From an uncultured Gammaproteobacteria bacterium (GTDB lineage Bacteria > Patescibacteriota > Microgenomatia > UBA8517): DNA of 64,000 nucleotides. The notes below the pieces were generated by a model, which saw nothing but the letters and a program-made list of their open reading frames with translations, had not been told where the DNA came from and searched no databases. The stretch is taken from NCBI GenBank assembly GCA_964587425.1, contig CAZPLB010000004.1:3197-67196 (forward strand), read 5' to 3'. Position 1 is the stretch's first letter; each line of letters begins with the position of its first letter. Shown here piece after piece: positions 38,839 through 48,612 of the stretch. The position numbers and the translations under genes are program-made.

Positions 38839-38858
38839 GTAAACGGTTAACCGTTTAC
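38839..38858. promoter_or_regulatory. perfect 20-bp palindrome GTAAACGGTTAACCGTTTAC between divergent cca and recJ
   Basis: It is an exact inverted repeat, 5 bp from the cca start codon. Confidence 0.5.
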
Positions 38859-38912
38859 AAAATTATACGACATACGCGAAGCTTGCGATACTGAGAAGCC
38901 GATACTTGAATT

Positions 38913-40565
38913 ATGAAAACAAAAAGGTGGGAAATAATCTCAAAGGAAACAAAAAAGCCCGTAATTGACGTGCTACTTCAAAATAGAGGATTAAAAAGTG
39001 AGAAGGAAAGAAATGATTTTTTTAATCCTAAAAAACCAGATGAGTTAACACTCAGTGAACTTGGCATTTCAAAAGTTGAAATTGGTAAGGTTTTGAAAAG
39101 ATTGGTTGAAGCAAAAAAGAAAAAAGAGAAAATAATTATTTATGGAGATTATGATGCAGATGGAATTTCTGCAACTGCGATTTTATGGGAATGTCTTTAT
39201 GGACTTGGGTTTGATGTTATGCCATATATCCCAGATAGATTTGAAGAAGGGTATGGAATTAATGCAGGTGCGATTGCAAAACTTAATGAGGGTGAAAATA
39301 AAATTGGTTTAGTAATAACAGTTGATAATGGGATTGTTGCAAGCTCTGAAATTAAAAAAATTACAAAATTTGGAATTGATGTTATTGTTACAGATCACCA
39401 TGAGCCGGGAAAAGTAAAACCAAAGGCTACTGCGATAGTTCACACACAAAAAATATGCGGCAGTGCAGTTGCTTGGATTTTTGCAAGAGAAATTCAAGCA
39501 AAGATTAAAAACAAAGATGGGAGAAAACCAAAAAATTCTTTGGAACTAGCTGGTATTGGAACAGTTGCCGACCAGATGCCGCTTCTTCATGCTAACCGAT
39601 CGTTTGCATTGTGGGGACTTAGTGAACTAAATAAAACAAAGAGGGCAGGACTTTTAGCATTAATCAAAGAGTCAGGACTTAAGCCAGGGGAAATTGAAAT
39701 GTATGGCATTAATTATGTTATTGCTCCAAGAATTAACTCCATGGGGAGGCTAACACACGGAATAGATTCACTTCGGCTTCTTTGCACAAATAAATTGGAT
39801 AGTGCAGAAAGTTTAGCCCACCTGGTTGCAAAAACTAATTTGGACAGACAAAGGATTGTTGATGAAGTTTTGTTGAGAGTTAAAAGTGAAGGGAAGAAGT
39901 TTTCGAAAGGAATAATATTTTTATCTCATGAAGATTATCACGAGGGGGTTATTGGGCTTGCTGCAGGACGCTTAGTTGAGGAATTTTATAGACCTGCAAT
40001 AGTTATATCAAAGGGAAAGAAGTTTAGTAAGGGGTCTGCACGAAGTATTAGCGGATTAAATATTATTGAAGTAATACGAGCACACGAAGATATGATTGTT
40101 GCAGGGGGAGGGCATCCAATGGCAGCAGGGTTTACTATTGAAACCGCCAAACTTCTTGAATTTGAAAAGGCACTAAATAAAACTGCAGAGGAATATTTGA
40201 CAGATGAAACCTTAACACGCAGGTTAAAGATTGATTTGGAAATTTCCTTTGATGTAATTGATTGGGATCTGGTAAAGAAGATCAAGAAGTTTGAACCGAC
40301 AGGGTTGGGAAATCCTGCCCCTAGTTTTGTAACTTTTGGAACTGAAGTGGTGGATTCAAGAATTTTAGGGAATGGGAAGAAACATTTGAAATTGAAATTG
40401 AAAGAGGGTGGAAAGTTTTTTGATGCGATTGGATTTGGGATGGGAGAAATTTATTCAAAAATGCAGAAAGGCGTAAAAGTAGATGTTGTCTACAATATTG
40501 AAGAGAATGTTTGGAATGGGACGAGGAGTATACAACTTAAATTAAGAGACTTGAGAATCTCTTAA
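38913..40565 (+). CDS. recJ: single-stranded-DNA-specific exonuclease RecJ
   Basis: DHH motifs (IIIYGDYDADGISATAIL, TVDNG, DHH) and a DHHA1 domain are present. Confidence 0.9.
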   Translation: MKTKRWEIISKETKKPVIDVLLQNRGLKSEKERNDFFNPKKPDELTLSELGISKVEIGKVLKRLVEAKKKKEKIIIYGDYDADGISATAILWECLYGLGFDVMPYIPDRFEEGYGINAGAIAKLNEGENKIGLVITVDNGIVASSEIKKITKFGIDVIVTDHHEPGKVKPKATAIVHTQKICGSAVAWIFAREIQAKIKNKDGRKPKNSLELAGIGTVADQMPLLHANRSFALWGLSELNKTKRAGLLALIKESGLKPGEIEMYGINYVIAPRINSMGRLTHGIDSLRLLCTNKLDSAESLAHLVAKTNLDRQRIVDEVLLRVKSEGKKFSKGIIFLSHEDYHEGVIGLAAGRLVEEFYRPAIVISKGKKFSKGSARSISGLNIIEVIRAHEDMIVAGGGHPMAAGFTIETAKLLEFEKALNKTAEEYLTDETLTRRLKIDLEISFDVIDWDLVKKIKKFEPTGLGNPAPSFVTFGTEVVDSRILGNGKKHLKLKLKEGGKFFDAIGFGMGEIYSKMQKGVKVDVVYNIEENVWNGTRSIQLKLRDLRIS

Positions 40566-40742
40566 TACTGTTTTACGAACTTTATTGTCAGAACTTTTGA
40601 CTACTACCACTTCACCGTAATTATCGGAATACGCACGAATTTCTGTTGTATCACGTTTAATCCCAGACCGTTTTAGTCTTAACTCTTCTTCTATTATTTC
40701 GATTGCTTCTTTAGATACTCCTTTGTTTTCATTTTCTGCCAT
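40542..40742 (-). CDS. hypothetical small protein (66 aa from the internal ATG)
   Basis: MAENENKGVSKEAIEIIEEELRL... follows an AAAGGGGGA RBS. The ORF-track N-terminal extension is hydrophobic and probably not translated. Confidence 0.4.
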   Translation of the reverse strand: MAENENKGVSKEAIEIIEEELRLKRSGIKRDTTEIRAYSDNYGEVVVVKSSDNKVRKTVLRDSQVS

Positions 40743-40792
40743 AAAAAATCCCCCTTTAGGAGACCCGTGTATTATAATACAATACAGGTAAC

Positions 40793-42133
40793 ATGGCAAA
40801 ACATATGCTACGCACACTAGTTTTAGATTCAACTCGAAAAGTTGGCGAGGAAGTACTTTTAAAGGGGTGGGTTGAAAACGTGCGTGATCATGGGAAGATT
40901 ACCTTCATTGACTTGAAGGATAGAACAGGACTTATTCAATGTGTTGGACAGAATCTTCCAAAGGTTAGTCCACAGTCTGCAGTTGAGGTTAGTGGGACAA
41001 TCTCCAAAAGACCAGAGAAACTTATTAATAAAAAGCTTGAGACTGGGGAAATTGAACTGCAGGTTGAAGAATTGAAAGTTCTTTCAATGGCACAAGAACT
41101 GCCTTTTGATATGGGAAAGGAAGAACTAGATTTGGAACTTCCTACTCTTCTTGATTGGAGAACTCTAACTTTGAGGCATTCTGCAGTTACTCCAATTTTC
41201 AAAGTGCAGGCTAAACTTGCTGAAGGATTTAGGAATGCAGCTCAAAAGTTGGGCTGTACTGAGATATTTATTCCAACAATTGCAGCTTCTGCAACTGAGG
41301 GTGGAGCAGAAGTCTTTAAAGTTAAATATTATGAGCATGATGCATTTATGACACAAAGTCCTCAGTTATATAAACAAATGCTTGTTCCAACTCTTGAGAG
41401 AGTTTTCACCATAGCAAAGGCGTATAGAGCAGAACCATCGGTCACAACTCGACACCTTTCTGAGTCCACACAGATGGATTGCGAAATTGGGTTTATCGAG
41501 GGCTTCGAAGAACTTTTGGATGCACTGGAATTTGTTGGGGGCAATACTCTGAAGTATGCATATGAAGCGTGTAAGAATGAATTCAAAATGTTTGAGATTG
41601 GTAAATTAAAAATTCCAACTAAGATTCCTCGATTGAAAATGAGGGAGGCCCAGGAAATTATTTTTAAACGAACTGGTGTTGATCATCGAAATGAGAAAGA
41701 TTTGGAACCTGAGGATGAGAGAGAGATATGTAAATGGGCTCTTGAGGAACATGACTCCGATTTAGTAACCATTACCCATTACCCAACCAAGAAACGCGCT
41801 TTTTATACGATGCCGGATCCTGAGGAGCCAGAGTTTTCCCTCTCTTACGATTTACTATTTCGTGGACTTGAAATATTGAGTGGAAGTCAAAGAATTAACG
41901 ACCACGATGAGTTGGTCAGAGAAATAAATGAGCGAGGAATGAACACTAAGAATTTTGAGATGTATTTGCAAGCTTTCAAATTTGGAATGCCACCTGAGGG
42001 AGGATTTTCCTTTGGGCTTGAAAGACTGACTATGCAGTTACTTGGATTGCAAAATGTTCGAGAAGCATCTTTATTCCCACGCGACATGGAGCGGGTAGAT
42101 GTTAGGCTTTCAACTTTAACTCCCAAGAAATGA
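40793..42133 (+). CDS. aspS: aspartyl-tRNA synthetase, archaeal/type-2 (~446 aa), probably non-discriminating
   Basis: A class II aaRS with an N-terminal OB fold. The QSPQLYKQ aspartate-recognition motif and GFSFGLERL motif 3 are present. Confidence 0.85.
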   Translation: MAKHMLRTLVLDSTRKVGEEVLLKGWVENVRDHGKITFIDLKDRTGLIQCVGQNLPKVSPQSAVEVSGTISKRPEKLINKKLETGEIELQVEELKVLSMAQELPFDMGKEELDLELPTLLDWRTLTLRHSAVTPIFKVQAKLAEGFRNAAQKLGCTEIFIPTIAASATEGGAEVFKVKYYEHDAFMTQSPQLYKQMLVPTLERVFTIAKAYRAEPSVTTRHLSESTQMDCEIGFIEGFEELLDALEFVGGNTLKYAYEACKNEFKMFEIGKLKIPTKIPRLKMREAQEIIFKRTGVDHRNEKDLEPEDEREICKWALEEHDSDLVTITHYPTKKRAFYTMPDPEEPEFSLSYDLLFRGLEILSGSQRINDHDELVREINERGMNTKNFEMYLQAFKFGMPPEGGFSFGLERLTMQLLGLQNVREASLFPRDMERVDVRLSTLTPKK

Positions 42134-43041
42134 AATTATTATATCTTTCCATCCTTAGCTTTGTTTTTGTTGCATCTTGTGCTTTGGTTTTGATTCCTGG
42201 GAAGACAATCTTTACTAGTCCTAAAAGATATAATCTTCAGATTAACGAGATGCCAGTTTTAAACAAAGAATCTTCGTTCCCAATTTTTTCAGGGCAAGGT
42301 GTGATTGCAGTTGATATTGATTCTGGGACTAGTTTATATGAGAAGGATGCTGACAATAAACTGTATCCGGCCTCCACTACTAAAATCTTAACTGCGCTTG
42401 TTGCGATTGATTTTTACAAACCTGGAGATATTTTGGTAGTTGGAGAAACCAAGACTCACTCCGATGAACAGCGTATGGGACTAATGAAGGGTGAAGAAAT
42501 CTCTTTTGATAACCTAATGAATGGACTTCTCATATATAGCGCCAATGATGCGGCATGGGTTTTAGCTGATAATTATCCAGGAGGAAGTGATGCATTTATT
42601 GTTGCCATGAATGAGAAAGCAAGAAGTCTTCACTTGAATAATTCTACTTTCACAAACCCGGTTGGACTGGATGACGTCAACCAAGTTGCAACTGCTCGAG
42701 ATATGGTACGTCTGGCTGAGGTTGCAATGAGAGACAGATATTTTTCATCTATTGTTGGTACAAAGGAAAAAATAGTAACAAGTGCTGATGGAAAGATAAT
42801 TCATAACTTGAAGAGTACAAATCAACTTCTTGGAAAAGTTGAAGGAGTTTCTGGAATTAAAACTGGATGGACTGATGCGGCGAGGGAAAACTTGATTACA
42901 TCGGTCACTCGCAACGGCCACAGAGTTATTATTGCAGTTCTTGGAAGTCAGGATAGGTTTGGAGAGACAAAGGAATTAATTGATTGGGTATATGGAAACT
43001 ATAAATGGCAATCGGTTATTGCTCTTGATAGTCACCAGTAA
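42130..43041 (+). CDS. D-alanyl-D-alanine carboxypeptidase (S11 peptidase, PBP5 family)
   Basis: SxxK (ASTTK), SxN (SANDA) and KTG (KTGWT) motifs are present, with a signal peptide. Confidence 0.85.
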   Translation: MKLLYLSILSFVFVASCALVLIPGKTIFTSPKRYNLQINEMPVLNKESSFPIFSGQGVIAVDIDSGTSLYEKDADNKLYPASTTKILTALVAIDFYKPGDILVVGETKTHSDEQRMGLMKGEEISFDNLMNGLLIYSANDAAWVLADNYPGGSDAFIVAMNEKARSLHLNNSTFTNPVGLDDVNQVATARDMVRLAEVAMRDRYFSSIVGTKEKIVTSADGKIIHNLKSTNQLLGKVEGVSGIKTGWTDAARENLITSVTRNGHRVIIAVLGSQDRFGETKELIDWVYGNYKWQSVIALDSHQ

Positions 43042-44098
43042 TTGCTGGAATATACGCAAAGAAGTTCTTGTCTCCTTCAAAAACAATAATGGGAGCGTAA
43101 AAGTCTGACTGAACGTTGGGGTCGAAGTAAGCAAGGTAGATTTTCCTTATAGTTATCTGTCCTCCTTGATTGTCTCCAAGATTTGCAACATATGCTTTGC
43201 CTGCCTTTAGTTCTTCTACTGCAACTGCCGTAGTTTTCAGTGGGTAGGTTGAACTTTGATCAACACTAACTGGAAAATAGTGGAATTCTCCACCTATTAT
43301 CCTTTTGTCTCTGGAGGTATCACCGCTTACCAAAAACCAAACATTTGCTTCTGTTGGATTTGCTGTAAGACTTGGTATTTTATCAAAATCTTTTCTAAAT
43401 AAATTTACCTTTACAAAATTTGCTTCAGAAAGAGAAATTGCATTTACAAGACTTTTACCTTGGACTTTGAGGAAGCTGTGGGTAACTGGACCAGTTAAAT
43501 CTTCAGGTAGTGTTTGGCCTGAAGTGAGGAAGCTTTTTACTGACGTTGCTGCGACATCTGGGGTTGGGGGAAGTTTTGTTAAGGGACTTGGGTCTTGTCC
43601 GAGGTCGTAGCTGACTGAAAATGTTTGGTTTGCAATATTAATAGTAAGGGTAGCTGGGGCTTGGGGACTTTTGAATTGATATATTGTTTGGTTTGTTTGG
43701 TTAACTTGAGTTGAATAGCCCAGGCTTGCTGCTTTTGTTTTTGTTTGAGTTAGGGAAAGAAGGCTAGCGTTAAGTTTAGGCATAATATATACCTTTGCTT
43801 GAGTATCAAGCTTGGGGAGTTCGCCTGATGGCGTTTGAACAACATAGGTTAGATTTTGCGGATTATCTGTTTTTGGAAAGGGAAGCTTTGGGAGCTTACT
43901 GAATGCAACAGTTGGAGGCGGGGCTTTCTTGGGGAAAACTTTATTAAATACACCAATACCAATTCCAAGAACCATTCTTCCAATAACGAGAAAGATGATT
44001 CCATATATGGTGTAGCGGATTGTTTTTCTTGCGGTCACTGAAACTTGAGTGAGGGTTGCCATACTTTGAGTATAACGACTCGGGGTGTTAGAATTCAA
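43016..44098 (-). CDS. hypothetical membrane-anchored protein
   Basis: A 360-aa ORF with one N-terminal TM helix. No family was recognised. Confidence 0.4.
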   Translation of the reverse strand: MNSNTPSRYTQSMATLTQVSVTARKTIRYTIYGIIFLVIGRMVLGIGIGVFNKVFPKKAPPPTVAFSKLPKLPFPKTDNPQNLTYVVQTPSGELPKLDTQAKVYIMPKLNASLLSLTQTKTKAASLGYSTQVNQTNQTIYQFKSPQAPATLTINIANQTFSVSYDLGQDPSPLTKLPPTPDVAATSVKSFLTSGQTLPEDLTGPVTHSFLKVQGKSLVNAISLSEANFVKVNLFRKDFDKIPSLTANPTEANVWFLVSGDTSRDKRIIGGEFHYFPVSVDQSSTYPLKTTAVAVEELKAGKAYVANLGDNQGGQITIRKIYLAYFDPNVQSDFYAPIIVFEGDKNFFAYIPAITGDYQEQ

Positions 44099-44100
44099 TC

Positions 44101-45408
44101 ATGGTACGAACCAGATTTGCTCCGAGTCCAACTGGAAATCTTCACATAGGAGGTTTGAGGACTGCCGTCTATGCATATGCCTTGGCGAAACATGAAAAGG
44201 GAGATTTCGTCTTAAGAATTGAAGATACAGACAAAAAGAGAGAAGTTGAGGGAGGAGTTGACTCCATTAAATCAATTTTGGAAAAGTTTAATCTCAAGTG
44301 GGATGAATTTTATATTCAATCTGAGAGACTGGCATTATATAAAAAGGCAGCTGAGAAATTAGTTTCAGATGGATTTGCTTTTTACTGCCAGTGCGAGGCG
44401 AGAAACGCCAAAAAGGAAGGTTTTTCAGGAGAGCTTCGTGATCCATGCAGGGACAAGGGCTACACGACTGGTGCAGTTAAACTTAGAGTTCCAGACAATG
44501 AAAAGATTTTCTTTCAGGATTTTGTTTTGGGGAAGAAAGTATCGTGGACAACTTCAGTAGTAGGCGACGCAACACTGCTTAAGTCTGATGGATTTCCAAC
44601 ATATCATTTGGCATCAGTTGTTGATGATCATGATATGAAGATATCTCATGTATTGCGCGGCCATGATTGGATGCCCTCTACTCCTATTCATCTACTTGTC
44701 TATAAATATTTAGGGTATGAAGTTCCAGAGATTGGACATTTAACTGATATTTTAGACCCTGAGGGAGGGAAACTGTCGAAAAGAAAAGGGAGTACTTCAG
44801 TTAATGGTTTACTTGGTGAAGGGTATTTGCCTGAAGCCATATTTAACTTTGTAATTTTACTAGGGTGGGCACCTAAGGATAATGAGGAATTTTTTACGCT
44901 TAATGAGTTTGTGAAAGCATTTGATGTTAAAGGACTTCAAAGGGCAAATCCAATTTTGAATAGAGAGAAACTGGATTGGTTTAATGGAGAATATATAAGA
45001 CGCAAAACTGATGAGGAATTAATCGAACTCTTGAAACCATTCCATTCGGGTGGGGACAAGGAGAAAATGAAAAAAATTATTCCTTTGGTTAAAGAAAGAA
45101 TAAAAAAGCTGTCTGAGTTTAGTAGTTTTGCAGGATTTTTCTTTGAGAGACCAAAACCTGGGGAAGTGAAAAAAATACTTGGAGAGGGAGGGAGTCACAA
45201 GGAACATCTGAGAGCTGCAATTGAAGCAATTCATGAAGGTGGGGACTTGATGGAAACTGTTAAAAAGAATAATTTTAAGACAGGGGAGTTTTTCATGTCG
45301 CTTAGAATTGCAGTGACTGGGAGTAGATTTACTCCACCAATTAATGAATCTATGCAAGTTCTTGGAAAAGAGGAAAGTATTGTGAGAATTAAAGAAGCTT
45401 TAAAATAG
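44101..45408 (+). CDS. gltX: glutamyl-tRNA synthetase
   Basis: The RFAPSPTGNLHIGG (HIGH), ...RIEDTD and KLSKR motifs are present. Confidence 0.9.
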   Translation: MVRTRFAPSPTGNLHIGGLRTAVYAYALAKHEKGDFVLRIEDTDKKREVEGGVDSIKSILEKFNLKWDEFYIQSERLALYKKAAEKLVSDGFAFYCQCEARNAKKEGFSGELRDPCRDKGYTTGAVKLRVPDNEKIFFQDFVLGKKVSWTTSVVGDATLLKSDGFPTYHLASVVDDHDMKISHVLRGHDWMPSTPIHLLVYKYLGYEVPEIGHLTDILDPEGGKLSKRKGSTSVNGLLGEGYLPEAIFNFVILLGWAPKDNEEFFTLNEFVKAFDVKGLQRANPILNREKLDWFNGEYIRRKTDEELIELLKPFHSGGDKEKMKKIIPLVKERIKKLSEFSSFAGFFFERPKPGEVKKILGEGGSHKEHLRAAIEAIHEGGDLMETVKKNNFKTGEFFMSLRIAVTGSRFTPPINESMQVLGKEESIVRIKEALK

Positions 45409-46374
45409 ATGAAAAGACAACCTGCCAAAACATATCTTGAGATTGCTCCAGATTATTTAAGAAACAAGCTCAAACTGAAACACTTCCAAGAAAGTTTGAA
45501 ATTAAGTAAAGCACACCCTAATGCACTTGCGTATTTAAAAAGCAAAGGAGTTGATTTAGGAAACATTCGCGAGCACTCTGCAAAAGTTATTGGTATGGGG
45601 GCATTGACTGGGGCATTTTTACTTAGCTCTCCAAAGTATGCAACACTTCCTACAACTCAGGATACAATTGCTGATTTGAGTAGTGCCAAAGAGGAAAGAA
45701 AGGTAACACTTGAGACAAAACAAGAAAGTTTACTTTCGAGATTGAAAGAAGTTCTTCCAACTAAAACAAGGCCTCTAACTACTGATGAAGAAAAAAAGGT
45801 TGAGGTAATTTTAAAGGAAACAACTGGAGTTTCTGCAAAGGGAACACTTGAAGGGGAACACCTTAACACAACATATGGCTTGATTGGCGCTGAGCAGCAT
45901 TTGAGGAGGTATCCAGGGGATACAATGGCAACACATCCAAAAGTTTCTGTGGGGGACGAAGGAATGGCACCAGGACTTGGAGGTTTTGGATATTTTGCAA
46001 AAAGTAAGGCAGCATTAACACCAGAGGCTATTGAGCAGGAGAAATGGTATGTTGTAGCCCAATTAATGTATTTAAAAGATTGGAAGCAAAGGGTGAAGTA
46101 TCTTGTTCCTTGGTACAAACACAGAAAAATATTAGTAGTTAATACACAGAATGGAAATGCGGTTGTTGGAGATATTGGGGATGCTGGACCAGCCGCTTTT
46201 ACAGGAAAAAGTTTTGGGGGAAGTCCTGAGGTTATGAATGCACTAGGTGGAGCTCGATACAAAAAGGGGGCTGTAATTTTCTTCTTTGTTGATGATCCTG
46301 AGAACAAAGTTCCTCTTGGGCCAGTTGATTATAATACAATGGATTTATCTCAGGTAACACTGCACCAACTATGA
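45409..46374 (+). CDS. membrane-anchored protein with a C-terminal RlpA-like double-psi beta-barrel domain
   Basis: KILVVNTQNGNAVVGDIGDAGP...GKSFGGSPEVMNALG matches the RlpA/DPBB consensus pattern (V.VTN..NG.SVVVR.NDRGP...IDLS.AA...LG). Confidence 0.45.
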   Translation: MKRQPAKTYLEIAPDYLRNKLKLKHFQESLKLSKAHPNALAYLKSKGVDLGNIREHSAKVIGMGALTGAFLLSSPKYATLPTTQDTIADLSSAKEERKVTLETKQESLLSRLKEVLPTKTRPLTTDEEKKVEVILKETTGVSAKGTLEGEHLNTTYGLIGAEQHLRRYPGDTMATHPKVSVGDEGMAPGLGGFGYFAKSKAALTPEAIEQEKWYVVAQLMYLKDWKQRVKYLVPWYKHRKILVVNTQNGNAVVGDIGDAGPAAFTGKSFGGSPEVMNALGGARYKKGAVIFFFVDDPENKVPLGPVDYNTMDLSQVTLHQL

Positions 46375-46688
46375 GTAAAATTTTTTACGATCATTTAATT
46401 GTTTTTGAAGAACTTGAAGGAGTGGTTAAAAAAACTGCCAAAAGTTCTGAAGAAAAGGAAGAACTATGGAAATTGGTTGATGATATTGTTCACCAGAGGA
46501 TTTTTGCTTTGATTTTGGATAATTTAAGTAAGGAACATCATGAGGAGTTTCTGGATGAATTTCATGCGAGACCATATGACCGAGAACTTTTGAGTTATCT
46601 GAAGGGTAAAAGTGAGAGAGATATTGTCAAGCTCATACAAGATGAGCTTGACAAATTGGAAAAAGAAATACTAAGAGAACTTACTTAG
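46371..46688 (+). CDS. hypothetical small helical protein
   Basis: A 105-aa ORF translationally coupled to the upstream gene. Confidence 0.35.
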   Translation: MSKIFYDHLIVFEELEGVVKKTAKSSEEKEELWKLVDDIVHQRIFALILDNLSKEHHEEFLDEFHARPYDRELLSYLKGKSERDIVKLIQDELDKLEKEILRELT

Positions 46689-46890
46689 CAAACATTCTCC
46701 AGACTGAATATAATCCACTTGCTCCAACTAATATGTAGGTTACCTGAACAAGCATAGGCCAAGACCCAAGAAGGGCTTCAACCAAATTTACATTTGCAAG
46801 TCCAACAAGTCCCCAATTAAGAGCACCTACTGTAATTAGAACCCAAGAAACCATATCCATAGAAGTCATTTTCATTGCTGCTTTTGCCAT
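46681..46890 (-). CDS. DUF378-family small membrane protein
   Basis: TVGALNWGLVGLANVNLVEALLG matches the DUF378 signature. Confidence 0.6.
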   Translation of the reverse strand: MAKAAMKMTSMDMVSWVLITVGALNWGLVGLANVNLVEALLGSWPMLVQVTYILVGASGLYSVWRMFAK

Positions 46891-46966
46891 TTATATCACC
46901 CCCTACCTGATTTAAGTATTTGCTGAAAGCGTTTGGAATGTCAAGCCTTTGAGGCTAAGGTATTTC

Positions 46967-47218
46967 TCAGGAACGTTTTTTATTTTTGTGAACTTTATTA
47001 AGAAGAAGATATACAAGAGGAAGGATACCAAGGGAATTAATAATGAGAAGGCAGATAAACCACACTTTCTGGCCTTTTCTGGCAGAGAGCCAGAGGGTGT
47101 AACCCTTTAAAAATAGATCTAGAACTGCAAGGGCAGCAATAATGGGGAAAAAGGGGAAGAGATTAAATTTTGACCAGTTCGCTGTTCCAATTGAACTAAT
47201 CATGTTATTTCCCCACAT
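46967..47218 (-). CDS. small two-TM membrane protein (DUF5652-like)
   Basis: An 83-aa ORF containing ...KGQKVWFICLLIINSLGILPLVYLL. Confidence 0.4.
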   Translation of the reverse strand: MWGNNMISSIGTANWSKFNLFPFFPIIAALAVLDLFLKGYTLWLSARKGQKVWFICLLIINSLGILPLVYLLLNKVHKNKKRS

Positions 47219-47247
47219 ATTTAAAGTATTCTATTTTATGTGGGTTT

Positions 47248-47278
47248 TGTCAATTTTAGGGTTGGTTTATGGTAAAAT
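47248..47278 (+). promoter_or_regulatory. promoter for tRNA-Gln (TTGTCA-N16-TGgTAAAAT)
   Basis: A -35-like TTGTCA and an extended -10 TGGTAAAAT end ~10 nt upstream of the tRNA 5' end. Confidence 0.5.
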
Positions 47279-47288
47279 ATGGCCACAT

Positions 47289-47362
47289 TGCCAGATCATC
47301 TAATGGTAGGATAGAGGACTCTGAATCCTCTCATCTAGGTTCGAATCCTAGTCTGGCAGCCA
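47289..47362 (+). tRNA. tRNA-Gln (anticodon CUG) with encoded CCA
   Basis: The cloverleaf is acceptor TGCCAGA/TCTGGCA, a 3-bp D-stem ATC/GAT with a GG loop, anticodon stem GAGGA/TCCTC with loop CUCUGAA (CTG), T-arm CTAGG-TTCGAAT-CCTAG, discriminator G and CCA. Confidence 0.88.
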
Positions 47363-47487
47363 ATCGATACACCCAGGTGACCGTAATGCCTGGAAAAGCC
47401 CATGAACACCTCCAAAATCGCTAGATTTTCCTTCAAACATTCGTACGGCACGCTCAACATTCGGAAAACATTCTCAACATTGAAGGA

Positions 47488-48612
47488 TTAAGCCTTTTTC
47501 TTATTGAGGCTTGCCACATAGAATGAAGCCAGAAATGTAGTTAATGGAACTGCGGCTACAAGCCCTATACTTCCTGCCAAAGTACGTATTATCTCTTCGA
47601 CTATTAGGCCATCATTAAGGATAAACCAGAACGGATATCGATTTACATTCAGGATTATCATCAAAAATATTGGTAAGGCTGATCCTGCGTATGCAAGAAC
47701 CAAGGTATTAACCAATGAGGCAATATGTTCTTTTCCAATTGAAAGGCCAGATGCAAATAATTGGCTAAATTTTAGCTTAGAATTAGCCTTAGCAAGCTCA
47801 AAGATAGACGCTGAAAGGCCTGTTGTGACGTCATCAAGCACACCAAGGGCACCAATTAAAATTCCTCCCAGAAGAAGTCCTTTAAAATCTATGTTTCCAG
47901 TTGCTCCAAACCTGAGAGAGGCTGCATCTTCGCTTCCTAAACCCGTAAGAAATGTTAGTTTTACAAACAGTGCAGAAAATAGACCAATACCTACAAGGGT
48001 TATAAATGTAGATACTACAGCAATGGTAATTTTTGCCGAGAAACCATGGGCAAGATAAATTGTTGTAACCATTATCACCAGACAGCCAACAATACTAACA
48101 AACAGAGGATCTTTTCCTGCAAGTATTTCAGGCACGATGTATTTCAAGATAACTCCAAGGCTTATTACCATTCCGACGATTGATCCCAATCCTTTCCATT
48201 GACTTAAAAGAATTACCAATAGAAAAAAGAAGATAATTATTGGTATAAGTGAACCCAATCTGTATTTATCCGAGATCTGATAGATAATTTTATTTTCAGG
48301 TCCAATCGTTTTTACAACCACAACTGTCTCCCCAACGTTTAATAACTGATTTTTTGTTAAATTTGAATCTTTTCCATATTCAATAGTTAGTTCTTTTTCT
48401 TTCAAATCACCGTCAAGAACTTTTAATTTAACCACCTGAAATGGATACGATACAGAATCTACTATTGTCTCTCCCTGATTGGTGATGGATACAACCTTTG
48501 CACGATAGAAACTATCCGAAGGTATGCTTAAGTCCTGAGCTTTAACTATGCTAGTCGAAAATAGAACAAATAAAATAAAGCTTAGAAATATAACAAGAAA
48601 TCTTTTTATCAT
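47488..48612 (-). CDS. YibE/F-family membrane protein
   Basis: A signal peptide and extracytoplasmic domain precede a C-terminal multi-TM bundle. It is the last gene of the znu operon. Confidence 0.65.
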   Translation of the reverse strand: MIKRFLVIFLSFILFVLFSTSIVKAQDLSIPSDSFYRAKVVSITNQGETIVDSVSYPFQVVKLKVLDGDLKEKELTIEYGKDSNLTKNQLLNVGETVVVVKTIGPENKIIYQISDKYRLGSLIPIIIFFFLLVILLSQWKGLGSIVGMVISLGVILKYIVPEILAGKDPLFVSIVGCLVIMVTTIYLAHGFSAKITIAVVSTFITLVGIGLFSALFVKLTFLTGLGSEDAASLRFGATGNIDFKGLLLGGILIGALGVLDDVTTGLSASIFELAKANSKLKFSQLFASGLSIGKEHIASLVNTLVLAYAGSALPIFLMIILNVNRYPFWFILNDGLIVEEIIRTLAGSIGLVAAVPLTTFLASFYVASLNKKKA

